A stretch of DNA of 64,000 bases. Origin: Candidatus Omnitrophota bacterium (GTDB taxonomy: Bacteria > Omnitrophota > Gorgyraeia > Gorgyraeales > Gorgyraeaceae). Position 1 is the first letter of the stretch; each line of letters begins with the position of its first letter. The notes beneath the pieces were generated by a model, which was given only the letters and a program-made list of their open reading frames with translations, did no database searches and was not told the origin of the DNA. The position numbers were made by a program, and so were the translations under genes. This document shows positions 47,033-57,313 of the stretch, in pieces. The stretch lies in the NCBI GenBank assembly GCA_018824145.1, contig JAHJHC010000090.1:349-64348 (forward strand). The letters are read 5' to 3'.

Positions 47033-47344
47033 TTAAACTATTTCCTTGCATTTCTTGCAAATTCTGACTTTTGTGCCGTCAGAAAGAATGCTAAAGCCAA
47101 TGCGTGTCGCCTTCCCGCATTTTTGACAAACTATCAGTAAATTAGAAATATGGATAGAGCTTTCTCTTTGTATAATTCCGCCCTGCTGGTCTTCTCTGGA
47201 CCTTCTCGTGTGCTTTTTTACAAGATTAAGGCCCTGGATAATAGCCCTGTCGCTCTTTGAAAAGACCGTAATCACCTTCCCTGATTTCCCTCTATCCTTT
47301 CCGATCAATATTTTCACTGTATCGTTCTTCTTTATCTTAGCCAT
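47033..47344 (-). CDS. rplX: 50S ribosomal protein L24
   Basis: GKDRGKSG KOW motif, IHISN. Confidence 0.97.
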   Translation of the reverse strand: MAKIKKNDTVKILIGKDRGKSGKVITVFSKSDRAIIQGLNLVKKHTRRSREDQQGGIIQRESSIHISNLLIVCQKCGKATRIGFSILSDGTKVRICKKCKEIV

Positions 47345-47368
47345 AATCTGTCAACTGTGAACTGTTAA

Positions 47369-47737
47369 CTAAATAACTTCGGGTGCCAAAGAAATAATCT
47401 TCATGAAATTCCTATCCCTCAATTCTCTGGCAACAGGCCCGAAAATTCTTGTGCCTCTAGGATTCATTTGCTGGTCTATAACAACCACTGCGTTCCTGTC
47501 AAATCTTAAATAAGAGCCGTCGAGCCTACGAATAGGATTAACACTTCTTACTATAACAGCAGTAACCACTTCGCCTTTTTTCACAGCAGCTTCAGGACTA
47601 GCCTCTTTTATATTTACAGTTATTATATCTCCTATATTCGCACTCCTTTTACCATGCCTACCTTTCACTCCAATACAAGAGGCCTTCTTCGCCCCTGTAT
47701 TGTCCGCCACATCTAATATTGTCCGCATGGTAATCAT
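47369..47737 (-). CDS. rplN: 50S ribosomal protein L14
   Basis: [22 protein letters not shown]. Confidence 0.98.
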   Translation of the reverse strand: MITMRTILDVADNTGAKKASCIGVKGRHGKRSANIGDIITVNIKEASPEAAVKKGEVVTAVIVRSVNPIRRLDGSYLRFDRNAVVVIDQQMNPRGTRIFGPVARELRDRNFMKIISLAPEVI

Positions 47738-47782
47738 GACATATATTCCTTAAGTATAAAAAAATCCATTAACTCATCACGT

Positions 47783-47861
47783 TTGATACTCGATACTTGA
47801 TGCTCGATCCTCGATAATTATATTACGATACAAGTATCCAGTATCTAGCATCGAGGATCAA
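47783..47861. repeat. inverted heptamer array (CTnGATn / AGnATCn)
   Basis: tttgata ctcgata cttgatg ctcgatc ctcgata ... agtatcc agtatct agcatcg aggatca. Confidence 0.8.
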
Positions 47862-47878
47862 ACATTGAAATCCCAATA

Positions 47879-48127
47879 CTATTTTATAATCTCAACCAAC
47901 CGCCATCTCTTATTCTTAGATAAAGGCCTGGTCTCCTGGATTCTGACTCTATCTCCTACATTAGCCTCTTCTTTTTCATCATGTGCCATAACCTTGGTGG
48001 ATTTCTTAATAACGCGTTTATATATAGGGTGCTTTGTAGTCCTTTCTATCTTAACTACAATACTCTTATTCATCTTGTCGCTCACAACCGTACCTATTCG
48101 CTCTTTACGCTTAGATCTGGCTTCCAT
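47879..48127 (-). CDS. rpsQ: 30S ribosomal protein S17
   Basis: VVSDKM, HPIYK, ETRPLSK. Confidence 0.98.
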   Translation of the reverse strand: MEARSKRKERIGTVVSDKMNKSIVVKIERTTKHPIYKRVIKKSTKVMAHDEKEEANVGDRVRIQETRPLSKNKRWRLVEIIK

Positions 48128-48128
48128 A

Positions 48129-48329
48129 TCAGCTCTCCTGTTTTGGCTTCTCCCGTAATACAGTCAAAATCCTTGCTATATCGCGACGGGTTTGTCCGAT
48201 CTTACTCGGTTTCTCTACGCGGCCTGTCGATGCCTGCGTACGCATTTCAAAAAGAGACTTTTTCAGGGCATCTAACTTCTGCTCCAGTTCCTGCTTTGTT
48301 AAATTTCTTAATTCATCTGCCTTTATCAT
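48129..48329 (-). CDS. rpmC: 50S ribosomal protein L29
   Basis: [14 protein letters not shown]. Confidence 0.96.
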   Translation of the reverse strand: MIKADELRNLTKQELEQKLDALKKSLFEMRTQASTGRVEKPSKIGQTRRDIARILTVLREKPKQES

Positions 48330-48736
48330 TTTCTCGTAATAAACCGCGTCTTGAAAGAAAGCTTTGAATCCGCGTATCTCATAGCTTCTTTTGCAAGTGA
48401 TTCATCTACCCCGCCAAGTTCAAAAATTACCCGGCCTCTTTTAACCGAACTGACCCAATGTACAGGCATCCCTTTACCTTTTCCCATCCTTGTTTCAGCA
48501 GGTTTCTTTGTAACTGATTTATCGGGAAAGACCCTTATCCACAATTTCCCGCTGCCTTTTAAGGCTCGCATAACACATACCCTGCACGCCTCTATCTGCA
48601 CATTTGTCAACCACGCATTTTCTAAGGCCTTTAATCCAAACTCACCAAAAGCAAGGGTCGCACCGCTGGTAGCTATACCTCTTCTTTTTCCTCTTTGATA
48701 CTTCCTATATTTGACTCTTTTGGGCATTAATACCAT
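48326..48736 (-). CDS. rplP: 50S ribosomal protein L16
   Basis: [15 protein letters not shown]. Confidence 0.98.
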   Translation of the reverse strand: MVLMPKRVKYRKYQRGKRRGIATSGATLAFGEFGLKALENAWLTNVQIEACRVCVMRALKGSGKLWIRVFPDKSVTKKPAETRMGKGKGMPVHWVSSVKRGRVIFELGGVDESLAKEAMRYADSKLSFKTRFITRK

Positions 48737-48751
48737 ATTGAAACTCCTGGA

Positions 48752-49414
48752 TTACTTTTCTTCTGTTTTTCTATTTTCTTTTTTTCCAACAATCACATCG
48801 CCGGTATAAATCCACACCTTGACTCCTATCAGGCCTGCCTGTGTATGCGCTTCAGCAAATCCGTAATCCACATCTGCCTTTATAGTCTGCAACGGCACTT
48901 TACCATGTTTATAAGATTCCTTTCTTGCTATTTCAGAACCATCTAATCGCCCGCGGCACGCTATCTTTATCCCCTGAGCACCTTGAGTAAGGGCCTGCTG
49001 TACAGCCCTCTTCATAGCCCTTCTAAAGGCAATCCTTTTTTCCAGCTGAAAAGCAATATTCTCTGCCACCAGTTGAGCAGAAAGGCTAGGTTGTTTTATT
49101 TCCTTTATATCAATCTGCAATTCTTTATTCACGAGCTCTCTAAGCTCATCCCTTAATCTATCGATCTCTGCACCTTTTCTGCCGATAATTACTCCCGGCC
49201 TTCCGCTATATATTATTATACGGATCTTATCACTAGCCCTCTCTATCTCAATCTTTGCTACAGCAGCCTGCAATAAGTTTTTCTTTATGTGCTTCCTGAT
49301 TTTGTCATCTTCAATCAATAAGGCGCCAAAATCCTTTTTTCTGGCAAACCACCTGGAGTTCCAGTCTCTTATATAACCTAATCTAAAACTGTACGGATGG
49401 ACTTTTTGACCCAA
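48752..49414 (-). CDS. rpsC: 30S ribosomal protein S3
   Basis: GQKVHP, RPGVIIG, GVKVWI; TTG start. Confidence 0.98.
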   Translation of the reverse strand: MGQKVHPYSFRLGYIRDWNSRWFARKKDFGALLIEDDKIRKHIKKNLLQAAVAKIEIERASDKIRIIIYSGRPGVIIGRKGAEIDRLRDELRELVNKELQIDIKEIKQPSLSAQLVAENIAFQLEKRIAFRRAMKRAVQQALTQGAQGIKIACRGRLDGSEIARKESYKHGKVPLQTIKADVDYGFAEAHTQAGLIGVKVWIYTGDVIVGKKENRKTEEK

Positions 49415-49425
49415 TTTACGTCTCC

Positions 49426-49851
49426 TTATTTAACTTTTCTTTTTCTTACTACGGGTTTTTTTACTGCCTTTTTTTTCGCAGTTACTTTATCTTTATCCAC
49501 GACCTTTTTCTCCGGCCTTATAATCCTCTCCAACTCCAAGGTTATATGCGTAGTCCTGTGCTTTATCATTCCAGCGCGGCCCATAGTCATGGCTCTATAT
49601 CTCTTCAACATAGGACCCTTATCAGCCTGAATCAACGAAATATATAAATCCGCAGGTGAGACACTAAACCTCTTATCTGCACTGTCAACAGCTGACTTGA
49701 GAAGCCTTTTTATGTAAATGGTAGGCTTTTTATCCATCATATCCAAAAGTGCCTCTGCCTTCACTACAGGTAGCCCCCTTACTATATCTATAACCTTCAT
49801 TGTCTTTCTGGGAGAAACCCTTATATATCTTGCTATTGCCCTGGTTAACAT
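49426..49851 (-). CDS. rplV: 50S ribosomal protein L22 with Lys-rich tail
   Basis: RVSPRK, GPMLKR, HIT. Confidence 0.96.
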   Translation of the reverse strand: MLTRAIARYIRVSPRKTMKVIDIVRGLPVVKAEALLDMMDKKPTIYIKRLLKSAVDSADKRFSVSPADLYISLIQADKGPMLKRYRAMTMGRAGMIKHRTTHITLELERIIRPEKKVVDKDKVTAKKKAVKKPVVRKRKVK

Positions 49852-49862
49852 GTTTAATCTCT

Positions 49863-50147
49863 TTAAGTCTTTGACAGAGACTGCTCTGTATGAGCCCCGT
49901 GTCTCCTAAACATCCTTGTCGGAGCAAACTCTCCGAGTCTATGCCCAACCATATTCTCTGTTATAAAAACAGGGATAAATTTTTTACCATTATAAATAGA
50001 AATAGTCGCACCTACAAAATCAGGAATTATAGTGGATCTCCTCGACCATGTCTTAATAGGTTTTCTATCGCCTCTTTTCTTCGTATCTTGGACCTTGTTT
50101 AATAATTTATCATCTACAAAAGGACCTTTTTTTAATGATCTACCCAT
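49863..50147 (-). CDS. rpsS: 30S ribosomal protein S19
   Basis: RSLKKGP, KTWSR, GEFAPTR. Confidence 0.98.
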   Translation of the reverse strand: MGRSLKKGPFVDDKLLNKVQDTKKRGDRKPIKTWSRRSTIIPDFVGATISIYNGKKFIPVFITENMVGHRLGEFAPTRMFRRHGAHTEQSLSKT

Positions 50148-50148
50148 A

Positions 50149-50991
50149 TTAAGCTCCTAATACTTTACTTTTCCTTCTTTTAACAATAAATCTATCTGAC
50201 GGTTTCGTCTTTCTTGTCTTCAATCCCTTTGCCTTTTGTCCAGATGGAGAACAAGGATGCCTCCCACCAGACGACTTGCCTTCTCCTCCTCCCATTGGAT
50301 GATCAACAGGATTCATCGCAACACCTCTTACCCTCGGCATACGGCCACACCATCTTGACCTTCCAGCCTTACCAACAGAAACCGCATCATGGTCAATATT
50401 CCCGATCTGTCCGATTGTAGCCATGCAATTAAGCTCAATCAACCTCACTTCCCCGGAAGGGAGCTTAATGTGAGCGTAAGATTCTTCCTTTGCCAATATC
50501 TGCGCATAACTGCCAGCACTTCTAACAATCTTTCCGCCGCTTCCCTTTCTCAACTCCAGATTATGTATAGGAGTTCCCGCAGGAATATTCTTAAGCGGCA
50601 TCGCATTACCTGGCTTGATGTCTATCTCTTTCGTACTTGAGATAAGCGTCTCACCTACTCTTAATCCTGCAGGCCAAAGAACATATCTTCTCTCATTATC
50701 TTCATACTCTACAAGCGCAATCCTTGAAGACCTGTTAGGGTCATACTCTATAGATAAGACTTTTCCAGGCACATCCATCTTGTTTCTTTTAAAATCAACG
50801 ATTCTATACCTTCTTTTATGCCCGCCGCCTCTCCATCTGGAAGTAATCCTGCCTTGCGAATTCCGGCCTCCTGTCTTCTTCAACGATTCTGTCAACGACT
50901 TTTCCGGCCTGTCTTTAGTGATCTCTTTAAAGTCTGACAGCGCAGTCCATCTAAGCGCAGGAGTTCTTGGTTTATATTGTTTTATACCCAT
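50149..50991 (-). CDS. rplB: 50S ribosomal protein L2
   Basis: [20 protein letters not shown]. Confidence 0.98.
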   Translation of the reverse strand: MGIKQYKPRTPALRWTALSDFKEITKDRPEKSLTESLKKTGGRNSQGRITSRWRGGGHKRRYRIVDFKRNKMDVPGKVLSIEYDPNRSSRIALVEYEDNERRYVLWPAGLRVGETLISSTKEIDIKPGNAMPLKNIPAGTPIHNLELRKGSGGKIVRSAGSYAQILAKEESYAHIKLPSGEVRLIELNCMATIGQIGNIDHDAVSVGKAGRSRWCGRMPRVRGVAMNPVDHPMGGGEGKSSGGRHPCSPSGQKAKGLKTRKTKPSDRFIVKRRKSKVLGA

Positions 50992-51002
50992 TGTTTACAT
51001 CC

Positions 51003-51290
51003 TTACGTCGTCGCTATGTCTATTTTATCTCCCTCTTTAAGCGTAACAATAGCCTTCTTCCAATCAGGCGTTTTACCTGCCTTTTGCCTCAAACGCTTCC
51101 ATTTGCCGCGCATCTTAATAGTATTAACTTTTACGACTCTGACATTAAATATCTCTTCTACTGCATGTTTTATCTGTATTTTATTAGCCTCCAAAGCCAC
51201 ACGTAACAGGTATTTATTGTCAGATACCATCTGGTTCGAGCTTTTCTCTGTTCTTAATATATTTTTAACTATGTCATAAGAAGACTTCAT
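51003..51290 (-). CDS. rplW: 50S ribosomal protein L23
   Basis: TEKS, KVNT, WKKAIVTL. Confidence 0.97.
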   Translation of the reverse strand: MKSSYDIVKNILRTEKSSNQMVSDNKYLLRVALEANKIQIKHAVEEIFNVRVVKVNTIKMRGKWKRLRQKAGKTPDWKKAIVTLKEGDKIDIATT

Positions 51291-51327
51291 AAATTAACTC
51301 TCTTCTCTGAATGCTCGTATGTGTTAC

Positions 51328-51358
51328 AAGTATCCAGCATCAAGTATCTAGGATCAGA
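51328..51358. repeat. heptamer array of the AGnATCn family
   Basis: caagtat ccagcat caagtat ctaggat. Confidence 0.6.
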
Positions 51359-51362
51359 CATT

Positions 51363-52034
51363 TTATTTCAATCGTTTTACTATCGCATCATGAGTTTCTC
51401 TGGAAAACAGTATCCTCGTATTTGACAGTATGTCATATACATTAAAATCATCGCTCAATCTTAGACTAAGATTTTCGATATTCCTGCATGAGCGGATAAG
51501 ATTATCATTTCTTTTGGGATATATGAATAAAATTCTCTTATTATAAACTTTCAACGCCCTTAATAACTTTGCTATCTGGCTGGTCTTAGGCTGACTAACC
51601 TCAGGATCTTTTTCTATTACCATGACCTCTTTGTCTTTTGTTTTTGCACTAAGGCCTGACATGATAGCCAGTCTTTTCATCTTCTTAGGAAACTCATAGC
51701 CAAAATCTCTCGGCTGAGGTCCAAACACAACACCTCCGCCCCTCCATAAAGGAGATCTGATCGAACCCGCCCTTGCCCTACCAGTGCCTTTTTGTCTCCA
51801 AGGTTTTTTCCCTCCGCCTCTAACCTCTCCTCTTTTCTTTGTGGAAGCCGTACCTTGTCTCTGGTTAGCCCTGTACATAACTATAAGCTGGTGTAAAAGC
51901 GGCTTGTTTATGTGGCTTGAGAAAACATCCGGATCCAACTTGAACTTATCTACCTTTTTACCAGAAAGACTATAGACATCTAATACCGGGACATCAATCT
52001 TTTTTGTTGTCTTGTTCTTCGCTCTTTTTTTCAT
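51363..52034 (-). CDS. rplD: 50S ribosomal protein L4
   Basis: KPWRQKGTGRARAGS; start uncertain, overlaps the rplC end. Confidence 0.96.
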   Translation of the reverse strand: MKKRAKNKTTKKIDVPVLDVYSLSGKKVDKFKLDPDVFSSHINKPLLHQLIVMYRANQRQGTASTKKRGEVRGGGKKPWRQKGTGRARAGSIRSPLWRGGGVVFGPQPRDFGYEFPKKMKRLAIMSGLSAKTKDKEVMVIEKDPEVSQPKTSQIAKLLRALKVYNKRILFIYPKRNDNLIRSCRNIENLSLRLSDDFNVYDILSNTRILFSRETHDAIVKRLK

Positions 52035-52662
52035 CTTTCGACCTAACAACCGGTTTCTTCTTCGCTATTCTCAATTCCAGATAAGAATTTTTCGGTCCCG
52101 GGACAGGGCCTTTTACAAGTAAAAGATTCTTATCTTTATACACCTTAACTATCTCCAAATTCTGGACGGTCCTCTTTTTATTTCCCATACGTCCGGGCAT
52201 ACGCTGCCCTTTAAAAACTCTGGAAGGAAAACTGCTTCCACCAATAGAGCCTATCCTTCGATGATGCATGGATCCATGGCCACTCGGACCACCACGCCAA
52301 TGCCATCTTTTGACTCCGCCTTGGAATCCTTTACCTATAGAATTTCCTATAATATCGACAGAATCCTTCTCTCTAAAAATATCAACCGCAATCTCTTTGC
52401 CTACAGAGATCTCTTCGTCGATATCAAACATTATTTCTTTAATAAACGCCTTTGGCGACACCTTTACCTTTTTATATAATCCTAACATTGCATTAGATGT
52501 ATTCTTCTCTTTTTTATTACCGAAACCAAGCAAGACCTTTTTCCCCCGGATATTAAGCACTGTGCAAGGGCCTGCCTCTATAACTGTCACAGGGACAAAT
52601 TTACCCTCTTCAGTAAAAACTTGTGTCATACCTAATTTCTTACCTAATAAACCCAGTTTCAT
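51994..52662 (-). CDS. rplC: 50S ribosomal protein L3
   Basis: KLGMTQ, GKGFQG, MPGRMG; start reassigned to MKLG. Confidence 0.97.
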   Translation of the reverse strand: MKLGLLGKKLGMTQVFTEEGKFVPVTVIEAGPCTVLNIRGKKVLLGFGNKKEKNTSNAMLGLYKKVKVSPKAFIKEIMFDIDEEISVGKEIAVDIFREKDSVDIIGNSIGKGFQGGVKRWHWRGGPSGHGSMHHRRIGSIGGSSFPSRVFKGQRMPGRMGNKKRTVQNLEIVKVYKDKNLLLVKGPVPGPKNSYLELRIAKKKPVVRSKDEKKSEEQDNKKD

Positions 52663-52666
52663 AGCC

Positions 52667-52972
52667 TTATTTAATCTCCACATCCACGCCTGCAGGTAAA
52701 TCTAATTTCCGCAAGGCGTCTATTGTTTTTGCAGTCGGACTAATTATATCTATCAGCCTCTTATGAGTATTCATGCGAAATTGCTCTCTGGACTTTTTAT
52801 CTACATGAGGAGATCGAAGTACAGTAATGATCTCTTTCTTTGTAGGTAGCGGCACTGGTCCTGAAACCATAGCGCCTGTCCGTTTCGCAGTATCTACTAT
52901 CTCCATAGCAGACTTATCTAAAAGCTTATAATCATATCCCTGCAATCTTATGCGAATTTTTTGAACTGACAT
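52667..52972 (-). CDS. rpsJ: 30S ribosomal protein S10
   Basis: [20 protein letters not shown]. Confidence 0.98.
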   Translation of the reverse strand: MSVQKIRIRLQGYDYKLLDKSAMEIVDTAKRTGAMVSGPVPLPTKKEIITVLRSPHVDKKSREQFRMNTHKRLIDIISPTAKTIDALRKLDLPAGVDVEIK

Positions 52973-52991
52973 CTTTACTCCGTCTCTACAG

Positions 52992-54194
52992 CTATTGTAT
53001 TATATCCGCTACTACTCCCGCGCCTACCGTATGTCCGCCTTCTCTTATCGCAAACCTTAACTCTTTCTCCATCGCTATCGGAGTTATCAACTCTATCTCT
53101 AAATCTACATTGTCCCCGGGCATTACCATCTCTGTCCCCTCAGGCAATGTCGCTACCCCTGTCACATCTGTAGTCCTAAAATAAAATTGAGGCCTATATC
53201 CTTTGAAAAACGGCGTGTGTCGTCCCCCTTCTTCTTTAGTCAACACATATACCTTTGCCTTGAATTTCGTGTGCGGGGTTATGCTGCCGGGTTTAGCTAA
53301 TACCTGTCCCCTCTCCAATTCCTTCTTCTCTATACCTCTCAATAGCACTCCTACATTGTCCCCTGCCTGTCCTTCATCCAGGATCTTCCTGAACATCTCT
53401 ACCCCTGTCACTACTGTCTTCTTCGGCTGATCTATCAATCCTACTATATCTACTTCCTCTCCCACTTTCACCTTACCCCGCTCTATCCTTCCAGTACCTA
53501 CTGTCCCACGGCCTGTTATACTAAACACGTCTTCTACTGCCATCAAAAACGGCTTCTCTATCTCTCTCTTTGGCTGTGGAATATATGAATCTACCTGCTT
53601 CATCAACTCTAATATCGCCCCGCATGCCTTGCACTCGTCTTTTCCGCATCCGCAGTTCATTGCATTCAGACCGGATCCCCTTACCACTGGTATCTTTTCC
53701 CCGGGAAATTCATACTTCGTCAATAATTCCCTCACTTCCAACTCTACCAAGTCCAACAACTCAGGATCATCCACTGCATCACATTTATTTAAAAATACTA
53801 CTACCGCCGGTACCCCTACTTGTCTTGCCAACAGTATGTGTTCCCTTGTCTGCGGCATTGGCCCGTCTACTGCTGATACTACCAATATTGCTCCGTCCAT
53901 CTGCGCGGAACCGGTTATCATGTTCTTTATGTAATCTGCATGCCCAGGACAATCTACGTGTGCATAATGTCTCGCCTCTGTCTCGTACTCCGCATGATGT
54001 ACATTTATTGTTACTCCTCTTTCTTTCTCTTCAGGAGCATTATCTATCTCATCAAACTTCTTTGCCTGTGCCAAGCCTCTGGCTGCTAGACATATTGTGA
54101 TTGCGCTCGTAAGAGTTGTCTTCCCATGGTCTACATGTCCTATGGTACCTATGTTTACATGCGGTTTCGTACGTTCAAATTTTTCCTTCGCCAT
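52992..54194 (-). CDS. tuf: elongation factor Tu
   Basis: [29 protein letters not shown]. Confidence 0.99.
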   Translation of the reverse strand: MAKEKFERTKPHVNIGTIGHVDHGKTTLTSAITICLAARGLAQAKKFDEIDNAPEEKERGVTINVHHAEYETEARHYAHVDCPGHADYIKNMITGSAQMDGAILVVSAVDGPMPQTREHILLARQVGVPAVVVFLNKCDAVDDPELLDLVELEVRELLTKYEFPGEKIPVVRGSGLNAMNCGCGKDECKACGAILELMKQVDSYIPQPKREIEKPFLMAVEDVFSITGRGTVGTGRIERGKVKVGEEVDIVGLIDQPKKTVVTGVEMFRKILDEGQAGDNVGVLLRGIEKKELERGQVLAKPGSITPHTKFKAKVYVLTKEEGGRHTPFFKGYRPQFYFRTTDVTGVATLPEGTEMVMPGDNVDLEIELITPIAMEKELRFAIREGGHTVGAGVVADIIQ

Positions 54195-54209
54195 TTTTAG
54201 TTCCTCCTT

Positions 54210-54288
54210 AAATGAGCACTCAAGTTACGAAAATCAAAGATTTTCGTAACTTGATTTTCTCTGTTCAGGTCCCCTGAAGGTGCGAATT
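54210..54288. repeat. 79-nt structured repeat, copy B
   Basis: TCAAGTTACGAAAATC-AAA-GATTTTCGTAACTTGA and TTCAGG/CCTGAA hairpins closed by GCAC/GTGC. Confidence 0.85.
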
Positions 54289-56396
54289 TACTTCCCAATC
54301 ACCTTATCTGCTATATTTGAAGGCACTTCAGCATAATGCGAAGGCTCCATTGTATATGAAGCTCTTCCTTGTGTCAAGCTTCTTATAGCAGTTGCATACC
54401 CAAACATCTGTACAAGAGGGGCATTCGCCTCTATGACCTTTAATTTTCCTCTTTGTGTGATATTATGGATCTTACCTCGCCTAGAATTCAAATCACCTAT
54501 AACATCCCCTGTATATTCTTCTGGAAAAATAACTTCCAGCTTCATTATCGGTTCCATGAGTATAGATTTTGCCCTTTTTAAACCTTCGCTAAGAGCAATA
54601 GAACCAGCCATCTCAAAAGCCAACTCTGAAGAATCCACTTCATGAAAAGAACCATCAATCAATGCAACATGTGTATCTATTACAGGATAGCCGGCCAGGA
54701 CACCTGTTTTTGAAGACATCTCGACGCCTTTCTTCACAGCAGGTATATATTCCCTAGGTATATTACCTCCAACAATCTTATTCTTAAATTCTATTCCTTG
54801 TCCGGAATCGCCTGGCTTTATTATAATAATTACATGCCCGTATTGCCCCCTGCCTCCTGTTTGCTGTATAAACTTACCTTCGGATCTAACCTCAAGAGTC
54901 GGCTTCTCTTTGTATGCAACTTGAGGAGTCCCTGTTTTTGCGGCTACCTTGAATTCTCTGGAAAGTCTATCTATAATTACTTCGAGATGAAGCTCTCCCA
55001 TCCCTGATATAATGGTTTGACCTGTTTCATTATTATATCTTACCCTAAAAGTAGGATCCTCATCCTGCAATTTGTTCAATGCCAGCCCTAGTTTATCCTG
55101 ATCCATTTTTGTAGTGGGTTCTATAGCCATAGAAACAACCGGCTCAGGGAAATGTATCTTTTCTAAAATTATGGGATAGTCCTCTTCACAAAGCGTATCT
55201 CCTGTCTGTGAATTCTTCAAACCAACGACGCCTACTATATCCCCTGCGCCTGATGCCTCTATGATCTCTTGCTTATTTGCATGCATACGGACGATTTTGC
55301 TCAACCGTTCTTTTTCGTCCCGGTTTATGTTATATACGTACGTACTCTTTCTTATAGTTCCAGAATAAACCCTTATGTAAGTAAGCCTCCCCACGTAAGG
55401 ATCAGTGACAATCTTAAAACAAAGACCGCAAAAAGGCTCATCATCATCCGTCTTCCTGAATATCTCATGCTCTGTTTCCGGATGGACACCTTTCACAGGA
55501 GGAATATCCATCGGAGAAGGCAGATATTCACATACCGCGTTCAACATCATCTGTACGCCTTTATTTTTAAACGCAGCCCCGCACAATATAGGGACAAACA
55601 TATCATTTATAACTGCCTTACGCACTGCATTGTGTATCTCAGAATCTCTCATTTCCTTATCATGGACGTACTTATCCATCAACTCATCATTATACTCTGC
55701 CAGCTTTTCAATAAGGTCGTGTCTAAATTGCTTCGCCTCTTCTAACATACCTTCAGGTATAGGCTGCTCCTCAAAATTTTCGTCAATTTCATTTTCATCG
55801 AACAAAAAGGCCTTCATCTGGATCAGATCTATCACACCTCTAAAATCATCCTCACTTCCGATAGGCAATTGTATAGGAAATGCAATCGCTCCCAGCTTAT
55901 CCTCCATGTCTTTGACGACCTTTAAAAAATTCGCTCCCACCCTATCCATCTTGTTTACAAAAGCTATTCTCGGAACCCTATACCTATCTGCCTGGCGCCA
56001 CACTGTCTCTGATTGCGGCTGAACTCCACCGACACCACAAAACACCACTATTGCTCCATCCAGCACCTTCAATGATCTTTCAACCTCGGCAGTAAAATCT
56101 ACATGGCCAGGCGTATCTATTACATTTATTCTACAATCTTTCCAACTGCAAGTCGTGGCCGCTGCCTGGATAGTAATACCCCTCTCCTGCTCCTGTTCCA
56201 TCCAATCCATCGTAGCAGTGCCTTCATCCACCTCGCCCAGTTTATAGAGTCTTCCTGTGTAATAGAGCATTCTTTCAGTGGTAGTAGTCTTCCCTGCATC
56301 TATATGTGCTATAACACCAATATTCCTTATTTTTTCTAAGGGTACATCTCTAATCATACGTATATTATTTGTTTTCTCCTGATACAAAACCGTCAT
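54288..56396 (-). CDS. fusA: elongation factor G
   Basis: [30 protein letters not shown]; start could be 56357. Confidence 0.98.
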   Translation of the reverse strand: MTVLYQEKTNNIRMIRDVPLEKIRNIGVIAHIDAGKTTTTERMLYYTGRLYKLGEVDEGTATMDWMEQEQERGITIQAAATTCSWKDCRINVIDTPGHVDFTAEVERSLKVLDGAIVVFCGVGGVQPQSETVWRQADRYRVPRIAFVNKMDRVGANFLKVVKDMEDKLGAIAFPIQLPIGSEDDFRGVIDLIQMKAFLFDENEIDENFEEQPIPEGMLEEAKQFRHDLIEKLAEYNDELMDKYVHDKEMRDSEIHNAVRKAVINDMFVPILCGAAFKNKGVQMMLNAVCEYLPSPMDIPPVKGVHPETEHEIFRKTDDDEPFCGLCFKIVTDPYVGRLTYIRVYSGTIRKSTYVYNINRDEKERLSKIVRMHANKQEIIEASGAGDIVGVVGLKNSQTGDTLCEEDYPIILEKIHFPEPVVSMAIEPTTKMDQDKLGLALNKLQDEDPTFRVRYNNETGQTIISGMGELHLEVIIDRLSREFKVAAKTGTPQVAYKEKPTLEVRSEGKFIQQTGGRGQYGHVIIIIKPGDSGQGIEFKNKIVGGNIPREYIPAVKKGVEMSSKTGVLAGYPVIDTHVALIDGSFHEVDSSELAFEMAGSIALSEGLKRAKSILMEPIMKLEVIFPEEYTGDVIGDLNSRRGKIHNITQRGKLKVIEANAPLVQMFGYATAIRSLTQGRASYTMEPSHYAEVPSNIADKVIGK

Positions 56397-56431
56397 ATGT
56401 TGAAATATTTCCTTTTATAATTCTAACCATA

Positions 56432-56902
56432 TCACCAACGATAATGCGCAAACGCCTTATTGGCCTCTGCCATCCTATGCATCTCATCTCGCTTCTTCAT
56501 TGCAGAACCTTGAGACTTAAAGGCATCCATTATCTCATCTGCAAGTTTCTCCTCCATGGGCTTTCCTTTTTTCTGTCTGGCAAAGTCTCTTATCCACCTC
56601 ATTGCAATAGAAGCCCCACGGTCGGCCTTTACCTCAATCGGCACCTGATATGTAGCGCCTCCTACCCTTCTGGGTTTTACTTCTAAAAGAGGCCTAACAC
56701 TATCAACTGCCTTCTGTAAAACCTCTAAAGAATCTTTATTACCTGTCTTATCTGACACTATATCCAATGACTTATACATTATATCTTCTGCAAGAGACTT
56801 TTTGCCTTCCGCCATAATAACATTAACGAATCTAGAAATTAGTTTACTGTTATATTTAGGATCAGCTGTAACATCTCTTTTTACCGCTCGTCTGCGCCGC
56901 AT
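56432..56902 (-). CDS. rpsG: 30S ribosomal protein S7
   Basis: RRVGGATYQVP, AEANKAFAHYRW; start reassigned to MRRRR. Confidence 0.98.
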   Translation of the reverse strand: MRRRRAVKRDVTADPKYNSKLISRFVNVIMAEGKKSLAEDIMYKSLDIVSDKTGNKDSLEVLQKAVDSVRPLLEVKPRRVGGATYQVPIEVKADRGASIAMRWIRDFARQKKGKPMEEKLADEIMDAFKSQGSAMKKRDEMHRMAEANKAFAHYRW

Positions 56903-56924
56903 ATGTATCTCCCTATTTTCGACA

Positions 56925-57299
56925 TTATCCCTTCGGTCTCTTTGCCCCGTATTTAGACCGACTCTTTCTCCTATTCTGCACCCCTGCAGTATCCAGGGTC
57001 CCCCTAACAATATGATATCTAACACCAGGAAGATCCTTTACCCTGCCGCCTCTTATTAAAACTATCGAATGTTCCTGAAGATTGTGACCTTCGCCAGGAA
57101 TGTATGAAGTGACCTCAATACCATTTGTCAACCTGACCCTGGCAACCTTTCTCAATGCCGAGTTAGGTTTCTTAGGCGTTTGAGTCTTCACCTGCACACA
57201 CACACCTCTCTTCTGCGGACACCTTTGAAGTGCGCGTGATTTTGTCTTTCTCTTTTTTTCGCTTCGACCTAATCGTATTAACTGGTTAATTGTTGGCAT
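56925..57299 (-). CDS. rpsL: 30S ribosomal protein S12
   Basis: [24 protein letters not shown]. Confidence 0.99.
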   Translation of the reverse strand: MPTINQLIRLGRSEKKRKTKSRALQRCPQKRGVCVQVKTQTPKKPNSALRKVARVRLTNGIEVTSYIPGEGHNLQEHSIVLIRGGRVKDLPGVRYHIVRGTLDTAGVQNRRKSRSKYGAKRPKG

Positions 57300-57313
57300 A
57301 ATTATTCCCGTTT

